DNA from: a virus
Taxonomy: Duplodnaviria > Caudoviricetes
IMG/VR virus record: IMGVR_UViG_3300025437_000009
Strand: one strand, 5' to 3'
DNA: 64,000 nucleotides
Shown: piece after piece, positions 56,150 to 64,000 of the stretch
Numbering within the stretch: position 1 is the stretch's first letter
How the letters are laid out: each line of letters begins with the position of its first letter
The notes under the pieces: model-generated
What the model saw: the letters and a program-made list of their open reading frames with translations, nothing else
What the model was told of the DNA's origin: nothing
The model's database searches: none
Program-made: the position numbers and the translations under genes

Positions 56150-56688
56150 TATAAAGTCTCTCCGCCAACTGTACGGTTGCAAGCACATAGTTCGCCAGTT
56201 TGAAGTGCGTCAAGAATACGCAAAGTTTCTTCAGGGCTACGACCTACGTCCAAGTTGTTTACAGTAACGTGTTGGATTGTGTTGTCTGGATCAACAATGA
56301 ATGTAGCGCGAAGTGCCGCACCAGCTGGAGCATAGAATACGCCCAACTGCTCTGCCAAGCTCAACTCACCACGCTGTGTATCAGCAAATTGGTTGTGCTT
56401 GATGTTGATCAAGTCTGGATGGCTCTTCTGCCATGCGATCTTACAGAACTCATTGTCTGTTGAACCTGTTAGCAATACTGCGTCACGGTCTTCAAAGTCT
56501 TGATTCAATTTGTCGTATGCTACGATTTCTGTAGGACATACAAATGTAAAGTCCTTAGGGTAGAATACGATTACTTTCCATTTACCTTCAAAAGAAGTTT
56601 CATCAATGTTGAAGAAAGCATCTTCTGGTTGGCCTGGCTTAACGCCTGTTACTACAAAGTGTTCTAATTTATCACCGATTGTTTTCAT
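56149..56688 (-). CDS. ahpC: 2-Cys peroxiredoxin AhpC
   Basis: FYPKDFTFVCPTE, RATFIVDP, GRSPEETLRILDALQTGELCAC. Confidence 0.95.
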   Translation of the reverse strand: MKTIGDKLEHFVVTGVKPGQPEDAFFNIDETSFEGKWKVIVFYPKDFTFVCPTEIVAYDKLNQDFEDRDAVLLTGSTDNEFCKIAWQKSHPDLINIKHNQFADTQRGELSLAEQLGVFYAPAGAALRATFIVDPDNTIQHVTVNNLDVGRSPEETLRILDALQTGELCACNRTVGGETL

Positions 56689-56715
56689 TTTGATTTCCTT
56701 TAAGTTAATATGAAA

Positions 56716-57366
56716 TTACTTTTGTGAATTGCAGTTATAGCAAATCACTTCTAAATTGTCTTCTACGTTATTGTAGATGTCGTTGTCCCATTGTGTTACA
56801 GTTAACGGTGCTGGACGACCTTGCCATTCTGTAATACCGCAGGTTTCACATTTATGACCACGCTTTTGGATAATATAATCTTGGATATAGTCCGGAACAG
56901 TTTTCCAGTTATATACACTACAATCGCTCATCCATTCTTCAATTCTTTTTTCACTAAGTAATTTTTTTCTATGATTTTGCTGGCACTGATTGTTACAATA
57001 TTTGCTTTGATACGATCCGCCTCTTACAGGATTTTCTCTGTTACAGAATAAACAGTTGAATATAATTTGTCTAGAATTTAACATGTCAATTGCGTTATGA
57101 GATAATCCTTCTCCGCCTGGAGTTTTATTGTGTAATATTCCTGTATTGTTATTTTTTCTTCCATACTCGGCTATTAATTGTTTTTCTAAATTAAACGCTT
57201 CGTCTTCGCTTAAGTTATCTTTATAGAATACAATTCTATTTTTGTCCTCCGGTGGATGAACACTTCTTCCATAACATCTTGTAGCTCGACCGTTGCGACC
57301 TTTGCCGATATAGTACGGAGTACCATCTTCTCTTAAATACCCGTAAACGTAAAAATCATTAATCAT
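56716..57366 (-). CDS. free-standing homing-type endonuclease: GIY-YIG-like domain plus degenerate HNH
   Basis: FYVYGY...PYYIGKG...R; CLFC...CNNQC zinc motif; CETC...NN..DNLEVICYNCNS lacking the canonical His residues. Confidence 0.7.
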   Translation of the reverse strand: MINDFYVYGYLREDGTPYYIGKGRNGRATRCYGRSVHPPEDKNRIVFYKDNLSEDEAFNLEKQLIAEYGRKNNNTGILHNKTPGGEGLSHNAIDMLNSRQIIFNCLFCNRENPVRGGSYQSKYCNNQCQQNHRKKLLSEKRIEEWMSDCSVYNWKTVPDYIQDYIIQKRGHKCETCGITEWQGRPAPLTVTQWDNDIYNNVEDNLEVICYNCNSQK

Positions 57367-57506
57367 TTTGATTAGCCATTTAATATTTTAAAACCAACTC
57401 TTATTTTTTGTGATGCTTTTAAAGCACTCTTATTTTTACTTATTGCTTTATAGCAACCAATTATATACGTAGATAATGGTTTTGTCAAAGATTTTGGTAA
57501 AACTGA

Positions 57507-58340
57507 TTAAAGTTCTATGTTGAACTCATCGGCACGGAATTGATCAGCACGTTCTTCGTAGAGATAGTAGCCCCGTGGGTTACATATCACACGAGTGTTG
57601 CCAATCATATAGTCAAACATAGTATGAGTATGTCCGTGAGTCCATAATATGATCTGTGAGTGATCTAATATAAAATTGCTTAGGTCACTGGCATAAGCGC
57701 CATTGGTCAATCGGTCACTCTGATACTGAGGAGCGATACTAGCCATGCTCGGTGCATGATGAGTTACTACTACATATTTTTTAGTAGGATCGTTTTCTAC
57801 TACAGATCTAATATAAGACAATGAACGATAGTGTGTTTCCACAGTTTTCTCTGGAGTAAGTCTGTGATAGACATTCTTAACTTCATTAAACATAGTGATC
57901 TGACGATAGTCGTTCATCATTGAACGCATCTGGTACATAGTAAGATCATCCATCTTGTTCATGTCAGTCCATAAGGTAGCACCAACAAACACTACGTCAT
58001 CGATAGTGTGTGTTTGATCCTCGAGCAGGGTAACATTCTCAGGCAAGTTAGCGGCAATATGTGCATAGGTTTTTTGAAATTGAAAACCATAGTGTTCGTG
58101 ATTGCCCATGACCATAACAACTTCGCGATATTTTTTACACTCTTCATTAAAGAAACGTGCATAACGATCGGGACGTTTGAGTGGATCTTCTTTGGGTAGC
58201 AGGACCATGTCTGGGTTATACATGTCTTGTTTTAGATGACGTGCTTCGCAGATATCGCCAGACAGAATTAGTACGTCACCGCCGGGTAAGGTAAGGTCAG
58301 CAAAATCGAGGTGGAGGTCAGAAATGACATTAATTTTCAT
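57507..58340 (-). CDS. calcineurin-like metallophosphoesterase
   Basis: SDLH, GDI, GNHE, THHAP, HGHTH, NPRGY. Confidence 0.9.
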   Translation of the reverse strand: MKINVISDLHLDFADLTLPGGDVLILSGDICEARHLKQDMYNPDMVLLPKEDPLKRPDRYARFFNEECKKYREVVMVMGNHEHYGFQFQKTYAHIAANLPENVTLLEDQTHTIDDVVFVGATLWTDMNKMDDLTMYQMRSMMNDYRQITMFNEVKNVYHRLTPEKTVETHYRSLSYIRSVVENDPTKKYVVVTHHAPSMASIAPQYQSDRLTNGAYASDLSNFILDHSQIILWTHGHTHTMFDYMIGNTRVICNPRGYYLYEERADQFRADEFNIEL

Positions 58341-58364
58341 ATAGTAATTATACTACAGAATAAA

Positions 58365-58733
58365 TTACCAGTCAATGAATCTTTTTTGGCTGACTAGCCA
58401 ACCGATGCTATTTATGTCCGATTCAATTTCTTCGGTCACATAGCTTTCTTCTACAAATCCAGTGAAATCAGTACCAGAGAATCCAGTACCCGAACAATAC
58501 CAATCTATATAACTGTCATCTTCTCGAATTTCGGCAATCAAAGTAGCCGCATAACTCCAGGAACAGTCCCAATGAATATTTGATAAAATACCCCAAACAT
58601 CCTTGGGTTGGTATTGATTGTTGCATAATGCCGCATAGAAATTTTGAGCATAGATTTCTTGCTTGCGGATTTTGGTTATGATCCAATCCGTACTTCTAAC
58701 ATCACGTTCTAAGTTATAAACCTTGCGTGGCAT
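58365..58733 (-). CDS. hypothetical protein, paralog of 61038-61415
   Basis: YAQNFYAALCN...CSW...YIDWYCSG; likely start MPRKVY. Confidence 0.7.
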   Translation of the reverse strand: MPRKVYNLERDVRSTDWIITKIRKQEIYAQNFYAALCNNQYQPKDVWGILSNIHWDCSWSYAATLIAEIREDDSYIDWYCSGTGFSGTDFTGFVEESYVTEEIESDINSIGWLVSQKRFIDW

Positions 58734-58756
58734 TAATATATTTAATGCCCCCAAAG

Positions 58757-58783
58757 AAAAAGCACCGCGAACGGTGCTTTTTT
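58757..58783. terminator. bidirectional intrinsic terminator
   Basis: AAAAAGCACCG-CGAA-CGGTGCTTTTTT. Confidence 0.9.
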
Positions 58784-58804
58784 GACAGTTTTGTTACAGT
58801 AGTA

Positions 58805-59110
58805 TTACTCTACAGAAACTAAACCTTTAGCGATTGCAGCATAAGCAATCTGAACCATACGACGGCTAGCTTCACCATATGTATACTCAGTTACTTTAAC
58901 ACCGTTGCCAGCAAGGCGTTGGTTGCCGTAGATAGCAAAACCAGCATGACGAATTTCGCTGATAGTAGCAGTTGGGTTCTTGATACCAAAACGCTTGGCG
59001 ATTTGAGCAGCGCTCAATGTTTCACGTTCACGTACTAATGCGTTGAACAATTTACCCTGTTTAGTTTTTGGATCAAACTTCTTGAATTTTACTGAAATAG
59101 TTTTAGACAT
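58805..59110 (-). CDS. winged-helix/HTH DNA-binding protein
   Basis: LSAAQIAKRFGIKNPTATISEIR..G; GGAG SD; sigma70-like promoter at about 59158-59187. Confidence 0.6.
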   Translation of the reverse strand: MSKTISVKFKKFDPKTKQGKLFNALVRERETLSAAQIAKRFGIKNPTATISEIRHAGFAIYGNQRLAGNGVKVTEYTYGEASRRMVQIAYAAIAKGLVSVE

Positions 59111-59246
59111 TATGTCTCCTTTTTAAATTTAAAAGCTGTTTACTAACAGCGTGATGTTATTATGCACTAACATTCGGACATGTGCAAGTATTATTTTAGC
59201 CAAAAACTTATAAATAAGTATATCATTTATCCAAAAGGAAAATAGT

Positions 59247-59471
59247 ATGGCAAATAACATTTACAAACAAGGTGTACCAGCAGCTACTGGAGTACCTACA
59301 GCAGGTAGTTTAGGAACTCAAGGTGTAGCCGCTACTGCCGCTAGTTACCAAAATATCTATGGCCCAAACGGTGTACCAGCTACAACCGGTAAAGCAACAT
59401 ATTTAGGTGCAAACGGTGCTAATGGTACAACTGTAACTAAAGCCCCAGCTAAAAACACTCCACAGAGCTAA
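59247..59471 (+). CDS. A/T/G-rich small late protein
   Basis: TATAAATA at 59209-59216; AAGGA SD; NIYKQGVP and GVPATTGKATY. Confidence 0.7.
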   Translation: MANNIYKQGVPAATGVPTAGSLGTQGVAATAASYQNIYGPNGVPATTGKATYLGANGANGTTVTKAPAKNTPQS

Positions 59472-59474
59472 TGT

Positions 59475-59708
59475 ATGGCTACTAATACAACAGTTACAAA
59501 CACTATCTATAAAGCAGGTAGTGCAAAAGAAGTGGTTGTTCCCGCGGCAAAGGTTGTTGTTACAGCACCGGCAGTAGTTCCAGCTAGTACTGTTAGAGCC
59601 CTTCCCGGTTCTACAACTACTACACCAGCTCAGGTTGCAGTTACCGCAAACAAAGGTACTATCTATAAGATGGGTGTACCACCTGTTGCAGGTAAAGCAA
59701 AGTACTAG
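59475..59708 (+). CDS. T/V/A-rich small late protein
   Basis: TIYKAG and TIYKMGVPPVAGKAKY. Confidence 0.65.
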   Translation: MATNTTVTNTIYKAGSAKEVVVPAAKVVVTAPAVVPASTVRALPGSTTTTPAQVAVTANKGTIYKMGVPPVAGKAKY

Positions 59709-59711
59709 TAT

Positions 59712-60041
59712 ATGACATACCCTGGGCAAGGCACTCCCAGTCCTGCAATTGGTGTACCGAACCTAGTTCCTACACCAGTTGGCCCAGCGGTAGGTGTTGC
59801 TAATCGTACTCCACAGTATACACCACCACCCGTAGTTGCTCAAACTCATTCATCTGGACTACAGGCTTCTGTTCCAGCAGTGGGACAAGCAAAGCATAAT
59901 CCAAATCCCTACAACAACGCAGATCCAGCGATAGGTATTCCTAAGCATACACCAATACAAACTCCATTGGGTGTCAATCCGCATTTTGAAACACCTACAC
60001 AGGATTGGTCTTGGGACTATGGCAACGGTGGTGGTTATTAA
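59712..60041 (+). CDS. Pro-rich small late protein
   Basis: Same operon; AIGVP/AVGV/AIGIP repeats; aromatic C-terminus. Confidence 0.6.
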   Translation: MTYPGQGTPSPAIGVPNLVPTPVGPAVGVANRTPQYTPPPVVAQTHSSGLQASVPAVGQAKHNPNPYNNADPAIGIPKHTPIQTPLGVNPHFETPTQDWSWDYGNGGGY

Positions 60042-60628
60042 ACTCCACGACCCAGTATAGTTCCATACACCGGTTGTTCTTCAGTATACAGTACTTTAAA
60101 TCCTCGATCCAACAGATATGGCACAACTGCTCCACTCTTACCCGAGTAGTGTCCCCACCATTTGTTGAACCAGGTATCATCACAAACTACCAAACAGCGT
60201 TCAGCCATGTGTGGTAGGGCTAGAATCATCTGCGACAAATGAGCACGTTGGCTATTAACATTATTCATTTCTAATCCTAATGTTGCATAACGACTCTGTT
60301 GCTCTAAGATGAAATCTGGAGTTTTATCTGGATGCCAATCCCAATCGAAATTATCTAAATATAAAAAATCAATCGGTCGCATACTGTAGATACGTTGTCG
60401 TAGATAGTTTTCGCCAGTTGAGTTAATAATTTCAACATTGGGAAGGTCGAAACCTCGAACAAAATCGCAGTTAAGGGGATCTACATCAACGGTGATTAAA
60501 TGATCACACCAACCGGAAAGGATTTTGGTACTGCCGTCATCACCATTTCGGCTAGTACCAATTTCAACAAATTCACCGCGATTGATTTGATCTAGATACT
60601 GCTCAGCTTCTAGAAATACACGACCCAT
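60038..60628 (-). CDS. SAM methyltransferase-like protein
   Basis: FVEIGT, ITVDVD, IDFLYLD, VCDDT. Confidence 0.6.
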   Translation of the reverse strand: MGRVFLEAEQYLDQINRGEFVEIGTSRNGDDGSTKILSGWCDHLITVDVDPLNCDFVRGFDLPNVEIINSTGENYLRQRIYSMRPIDFLYLDNFDWDWHPDKTPDFILEQQSRYATLGLEMNNVNSQRAHLSQMILALPHMAERCLVVCDDTWFNKWWGHYSGKSGAVVPYLLDRGFKVLYTEEQPVYGTILGRGV

Positions 60629-60795
60629 TACTCTTTGTCACCACCGCGATTACGGCTGGTCTTCATACGACTATTGACCGCTTCAGCCAAGGCAAAACCA
60701 CGAATATATTCGCGACGTTGTTTTTTATCGGTCATTGTTGCAGCTACTCGTTTGACTGATTTTGATACTTTTACTGCACGTGGATCGTATGCCAT
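60628..60795 (-). CDS. small basic protein
   Basis: Likely start MAYDPRAVK with AAGGA SD. Confidence 0.6.
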   Translation of the reverse strand: MAYDPRAVKVSKSVKRVAATMTDKKQRREYIRGFALAEAVNSRMKTSRNRGGDKE

Positions 60796-60796
60796 T

Positions 60797-61033
60797 TTAT
60801 TTTCCTTTAAGTTGGTCCAACACCAATTGTTTACTGCGTTCAATATCTTCTTCGGCTTCGGCTTTGACTAACCTAGGCCCTAGAATGTTAATTATATCAA
60901 GTATAGCACGATTTCCTTCTTCGGTCAAATGACAATATTCATGTCCAATCGTTGAGTGATAAAAGTACTGTCTATCCTTAATAATTTCTTTAATACTACC
61001 AACAATCATTTTTTCAACATCGCGTCTTAACAT
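60797..61033 (-). CDS. hypothetical protein
   Basis: Likely start MLRRDVEK. Confidence 0.55.
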   Translation of the reverse strand: MLRRDVEKMIVGSIKEIIKDRQYFYHSTIGHEYCHLTEEGNRAILDIINILGPRLVKAEAEEDIERSKQLVLDQLKGK

Positions 61034-61037
61034 TCGA

Positions 61038-61415
61038 TTAATCCTTTTCTTTAGGCCATGGACTTGGATGCCAACCCAGAGTCGCAAAATCTTCACGTAT
61101 TTCATCTGTAACGGTCCCTTCCGGAACATATCCTTTATTTCTATCAGCGTCACCATTTCCTAATCCATCTCCTATACCACTACAATACCACGACATATAA
61201 TCGCCACCTTCCGCTTCAAAGTTGGCTACAATACCCCCGGCACTACGCCAACTACACGACCACCACTCATCTTTGAGTATGGGCATAACATCAAGTGGTT
61301 GCCAACGCATATTGCATAATGCTGAATAGACATTCTGTGCGTAGGTTTTACTTGCCCTTACCTTTTCCAAAAACCAAGGACAGTTAGAAAGCTCGTCTGC
61401 AAGATCACGATCCAT
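61038..61415 (-). CDS. hypothetical protein, paralog of 58365-58733
   Basis: YAQNVYSALCN...SCSWR...YMSWYCSG. Confidence 0.7.
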   Translation of the reverse strand: MDRDLADELSNCPWFLEKVRASKTYAQNVYSALCNMRWQPLDVMPILKDEWWSCSWRSAGGIVANFEAEGGDYMSWYCSGIGDGLGNGDADRNKGYVPEGTVTDEIREDFATLGWHPSPWPKEKD

Positions 61416-62726
61416 TTAAATCTTTTCGCCTGGCTCAAATCCACGGAATCCTTTGAAACGTGGGAATCTTAAACTGTACGATCCGTCTTGGTTTTGCGTA
61501 ACTGCGTCTGCACGTACTTCCACAATATTACCGATAAGGTTATCCCTACTGGCCCAATAAGTAATGCGATTATCATCTGTAAGTCCTGATCCGACATTAG
61601 TACGAATGAGTTTACCATCATCTGTTCCTTCTACAATTAATGCACCGAGACGTCCTAGATTTTTACCAGTACCTTCTTCGGTGCCTACTACGGTTAGTGA
61701 TACTTCAATATATGGCTTTTGCTTTAACCAAGCAGTGGTACGCTTACACTCGTATGGTGCTTCAGGATCTTTGATCATGATACCTTCGTAGCCGCCTGTG
61801 ATAGCGTCTGCATTGATACGACCAAAACGACGGCGTCCGCCCTGCGAATCTAAATCAACAAGCTCTTGTCCCAATACTGTGACATTGGGCATATGATCAG
61901 CTATGGGATCAAACCAAATTTTAAGTGCATTACTGCGTTCACGTTGTGGAATTGGACTGTACCCTGCTTGAAAATCTTTTAGTGTAAGAATATCGAATAA
62001 ATTAAGAACTGCATCTTTGGCCGCTACATCACTCTTACGATGTACTTGTTTCATTAAGTCTTGAAAACTACTTGACATTACTTCGCCATCAAATACCATT
62101 GGCTCACGTAGGAGTTTGGCATGTTTGACAAACTGCTGTTTGATGTGCTCGAAGTTTACTAGTTCCTTGCCATTACGACTATACTGATCAACATGCCCAC
62201 TTGGATAGACGATAGTAATAACACGTACTCCATCCAGTTTAACTTCAATAAGTTTCCGTCCGGAGACTTTGCTTTCATGATTAGCACCATCGTGAGCAAG
62301 TTGGCAACTAAAAACAGGTATAACATAAGTTCCATTAATTTTCTCCACTTGTTTATTGATAGTTTTTTCGCTGACACCACAGCGTAGATCTTTAATAAGA
62401 ATACGACGATACCATTGATTCCATTCTTGTTCTCGGGCATTCATACGCATATGGTTCACTGCGGTAAGTGCGGCATTACCAGTTAATTGACGACCGGATA
62501 ATTGTTCGGCAGTCCTCCAAAACGTATCAGGATTTAAACCTTTCCCATCGCCCGACTTTTCTTCAACCTGTCGAATGCCATAGGTAATCATTGGATCCAG
62601 TGCAGCACGACATCCACGAAAGAATTCAGCATTGCCAGCATCAGCTTCGCGTTTAACTACTGATTCTTTAAACAAGCGACTGTTATCGCTTTCAAGTTCA
62701 GCTATGACTTCCCAAGGTTTCAACAT
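61416..62726 (-). CDS. lig: ATP-dependent DNA ligase
   Basis: EVKLDGVR (KxDG), FDGE, EGIMIKD, WLKQK, RFPRF. Confidence 0.95.
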   Translation of the reverse strand: MLKPWEVIAELESDNSRLFKESVVKREADAGNAEFFRGCRAALDPMITYGIRQVEEKSGDGKGLNPDTFWRTAEQLSGRQLTGNAALTAVNHMRMNAREQEWNQWYRRILIKDLRCGVSEKTINKQVEKINGTYVIPVFSCQLAHDGANHESKVSGRKLIEVKLDGVRVITIVYPSGHVDQYSRNGKELVNFEHIKQQFVKHAKLLREPMVFDGEVMSSSFQDLMKQVHRKSDVAAKDAVLNLFDILTLKDFQAGYSPIPQRERSNALKIWFDPIADHMPNVTVLGQELVDLDSQGGRRRFGRINADAITGGYEGIMIKDPEAPYECKRTTAWLKQKPYIEVSLTVVGTEEGTGKNLGRLGALIVEGTDDGKLIRTNVGSGLTDDNRITYWASRDNLIGNIVEVRADAVTQNQDGSYSLRFPRFKGFRGFEPGEKI

Positions 62727-62749
62727 TCTGCTCCTATCTAATATTATAC

Positions 62750-62778
62750 ATTATAGCATTAACACAGTTTTGGGTCAA
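62750..62778 (-). promoter_or_regulatory. sigma70-like promoter of ligase
   Basis: TTGACC-17 bp-TATAAT. Confidence 0.75.
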
Positions 62779-63403
62779 CCTTATGGGGTTCTAGTCCTTG
62801 GTCTTCGACCCCTTCTTTATACCAGCTTGTTAATTCTTCTTCGTTTTCACGTTCATATTCAGCCATAGTTTCTGAAATACCATATGCGTCATCTAATTCC
62901 TGTGGCAACTGCTGTTGAACATCTCCAGAATCCAAGCCCGACAAATCATAGTAATCGTCATAGCCATCTTCAAAGATACCAGCAAAAGCACAGCCAGGTT
63001 CATAGTAGGTAGCATAGACAGTAAAGCCTAGATCAATGAGCTTTTCATAGGCCGCAATGGGTGGCGACCAAGCAGAGTCAAAGTAAACAACTAAATCATG
63101 ATCGGACCACGTGTTGATACCTTGACCGTTGCCTATGTCCCACTTTGTACCCCATTCATTAATGCACCAGTCATACCAAGATTCATATCCGTGCTTTTCT
63201 TTGTTAGCCTGTTTGAGTGCATCAACTGCTTGCTGTTTATCAGGATCACTGTAATGAGTAGTGGCTTCTTCGTTGAGCAAGTCTGGGGGCACCGGAATAA
63301 ACTCTTGTAGGAAATTACCGTCGGCAAAGGCGTCTTTAGCACGAGCAATCATAGTAGGATCTTCGTGTGTTATAGTTAATGTATTACCACACCAGTTAGG
63401 CAT
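62759..63403 (-). CDS. DUF1281/Api92-like protein
   Basis: MPNWC.N.L, WYDWC..EWGTKWD, FDSAWSPP. Confidence 0.75.
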   Translation of the reverse strand: MPNWCGNTLTITHEDPTMIARAKDAFADGNFLQEFIPVPPDLLNEEATTHYSDPDKQQAVDALKQANKEKHGYESWYDWCINEWGTKWDIGNGQGINTWSDHDLVVYFDSAWSPPIAAYEKLIDLGFTVYATYYEPGCAFAGIFEDGYDDYYDLSGLDSGDVQQQLPQELDDAYGISETMAEYERENEEELTSWYKEGVEDQGLEPHKVDPKLC

Positions 63404-63764
63404 AAGAGTTTCCTTTCAATTGATTCCACATATACTTCTGTTCGCATTCTTTGTAATAAGCACCGCGAGCCTCTTTGTTTACACACCAGTCAGCCACAGC
63501 TTTATAACTACCTTGACATTCACGTGGCGCACACTCACGAATCCACATGGCCAAACCCCAGAAACTTTGTTTATTAGCAGAGTCCGCATTGTATAAAGCA
63601 CGTTCAAAGTCATAGGCAAACATAGCCTCCAAGTGCCCGCCAGGCGGCAAGCCATCAAACAAGAAACGATTTAGTGCGTCGGTGGTTTGCTCAGAGAAAC
63701 GCATACCCATGTATCGGAGATTGTCGTATACTTCTCTTTCAATGTTAAGTCTAATACGTTCCAT
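63396..63764 (-). CDS. hypothetical protein
   Basis: GLPPGG...A..A.D...A...AD..N pattern. Confidence 0.65.
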   Translation of the reverse strand: MERIRLNIEREVYDNLRYMGMRFSEQTTDALNRFLFDGLPPGGHLEAMFAYDFERALYNADSANKQSFWGLAMWIRECAPRECQGSYKAVADWCVNKEARGAYYKECEQKYMWNQLKGNSYA

Positions 63765-64000
63765 TATGCCGGTACCTTTGCTAGTTCTTCGTGTAAAGGT
63801 TTAAACTCACCTTTTCGATCTGCAACATACCAAACACCGTAATCATACAAATAAAAGTATTCGCTGGCGCAACCTGCATAATGATCTACAAACTCCTCTT
63901 CGCTACCAAACGATTTAAACGGAGCATCTTCGCCTCGGTCACGTTGATAAAAAGTACATTGAGTAGCTGCACCATCGGGCAAGTATTCTGCACGAGCACC
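63764..64000 (-). CDS. hypothetical protein (partial, starts beyond the window)
   Basis: Frame is open to the window end (GARAEYLPDG...EYFYLYD..VWYV). Confidence 0.6.
   Translation of the reverse strand, partial: GARAEYLPDGAATQCTFYQRDRGEDAPFKSFGSEEEFVDHYAGCASEYFYLYDYGVWYVADRKGEFKPLHEELAKVPA

Noticed and set aside
57397-57437. 12-bp direct repeat ACTCTTATTTTT upstream of the endonuclease
   Set aside because: Low-complexity AT-rich sequence that does not flank the gene, so it is not a target-site duplication.
61208-61214. Partial match to the 18-bp QGVAE repeat
   Set aside because: Only 7 bp and inside an unrelated gene; expected by chance.
1-64000. Stop-codon reassignment
   Set aside because: Long conserved genes read through intact in code 11, and TAA, TAG and TGA all end genes.
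1-64000. tRNA genes or CRISPR arrays
   Set aside because: No cloverleaf with a T-loop motif and no regularly spaced repeats were seen by eye; tRNAscan-SE and a CRISPR finder would confirm.

Overview
A 64-kb segment of a large, AT-rich, T4-like (myovirus-type) jumbo phage. The host is probably a Gram-negative freshwater bacterium; Betaproteobacteria is inferred from a Bug/TctC binding protein, spanins and a GH19 endolysin. Genes are dense, mostly on the minus strand, in the standard genetic code, and I found no tRNA or CRISPR array. Contents, left to right: (1) a replication and DNA-modification block (partial TGT/DpdA-like transglycosylase missed by the ORF track, sulfotransferase, probable sliding clamp, SAM methyltransferase, family B polymerase); (2) a late operon of modular proteins with T4-like capsid-targeting N-termini and Glu-containing linkers, plus two structured RNA candidates flanking a tandem His-Me-like nuclease gene; (3) ClpA, DnaJ, a holin-like gene and a lysis cassette; (4) a PP-loop enzyme with TTT and split TRAP solute-binding proteins; (5) PhoH, clamp loader, GroES and a DnaE fragment; (6) four virion/tail genes; (7) SOD, IF-1 and an array of small paralogous early genes; (8) AhpC/AhpD, a homing-type endonuclease and DNA ligase. 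Two promoter classes recur: a late TAAATA box and sigma70-like TTGAC-17 bp-TATAAT. The most striking observation is at 54.6-55.7 kb. A gene was inserted beside ahpD, leaving a duplicated ahpD 3' end. The junction lies at an 18-bp direct repeat that encodes the QGVAE linker, and the repeat-bounded module begins with a hidden twin-arginine (Tat) signal peptide. All functional calls come from motif recognition by eye; no database search was run.
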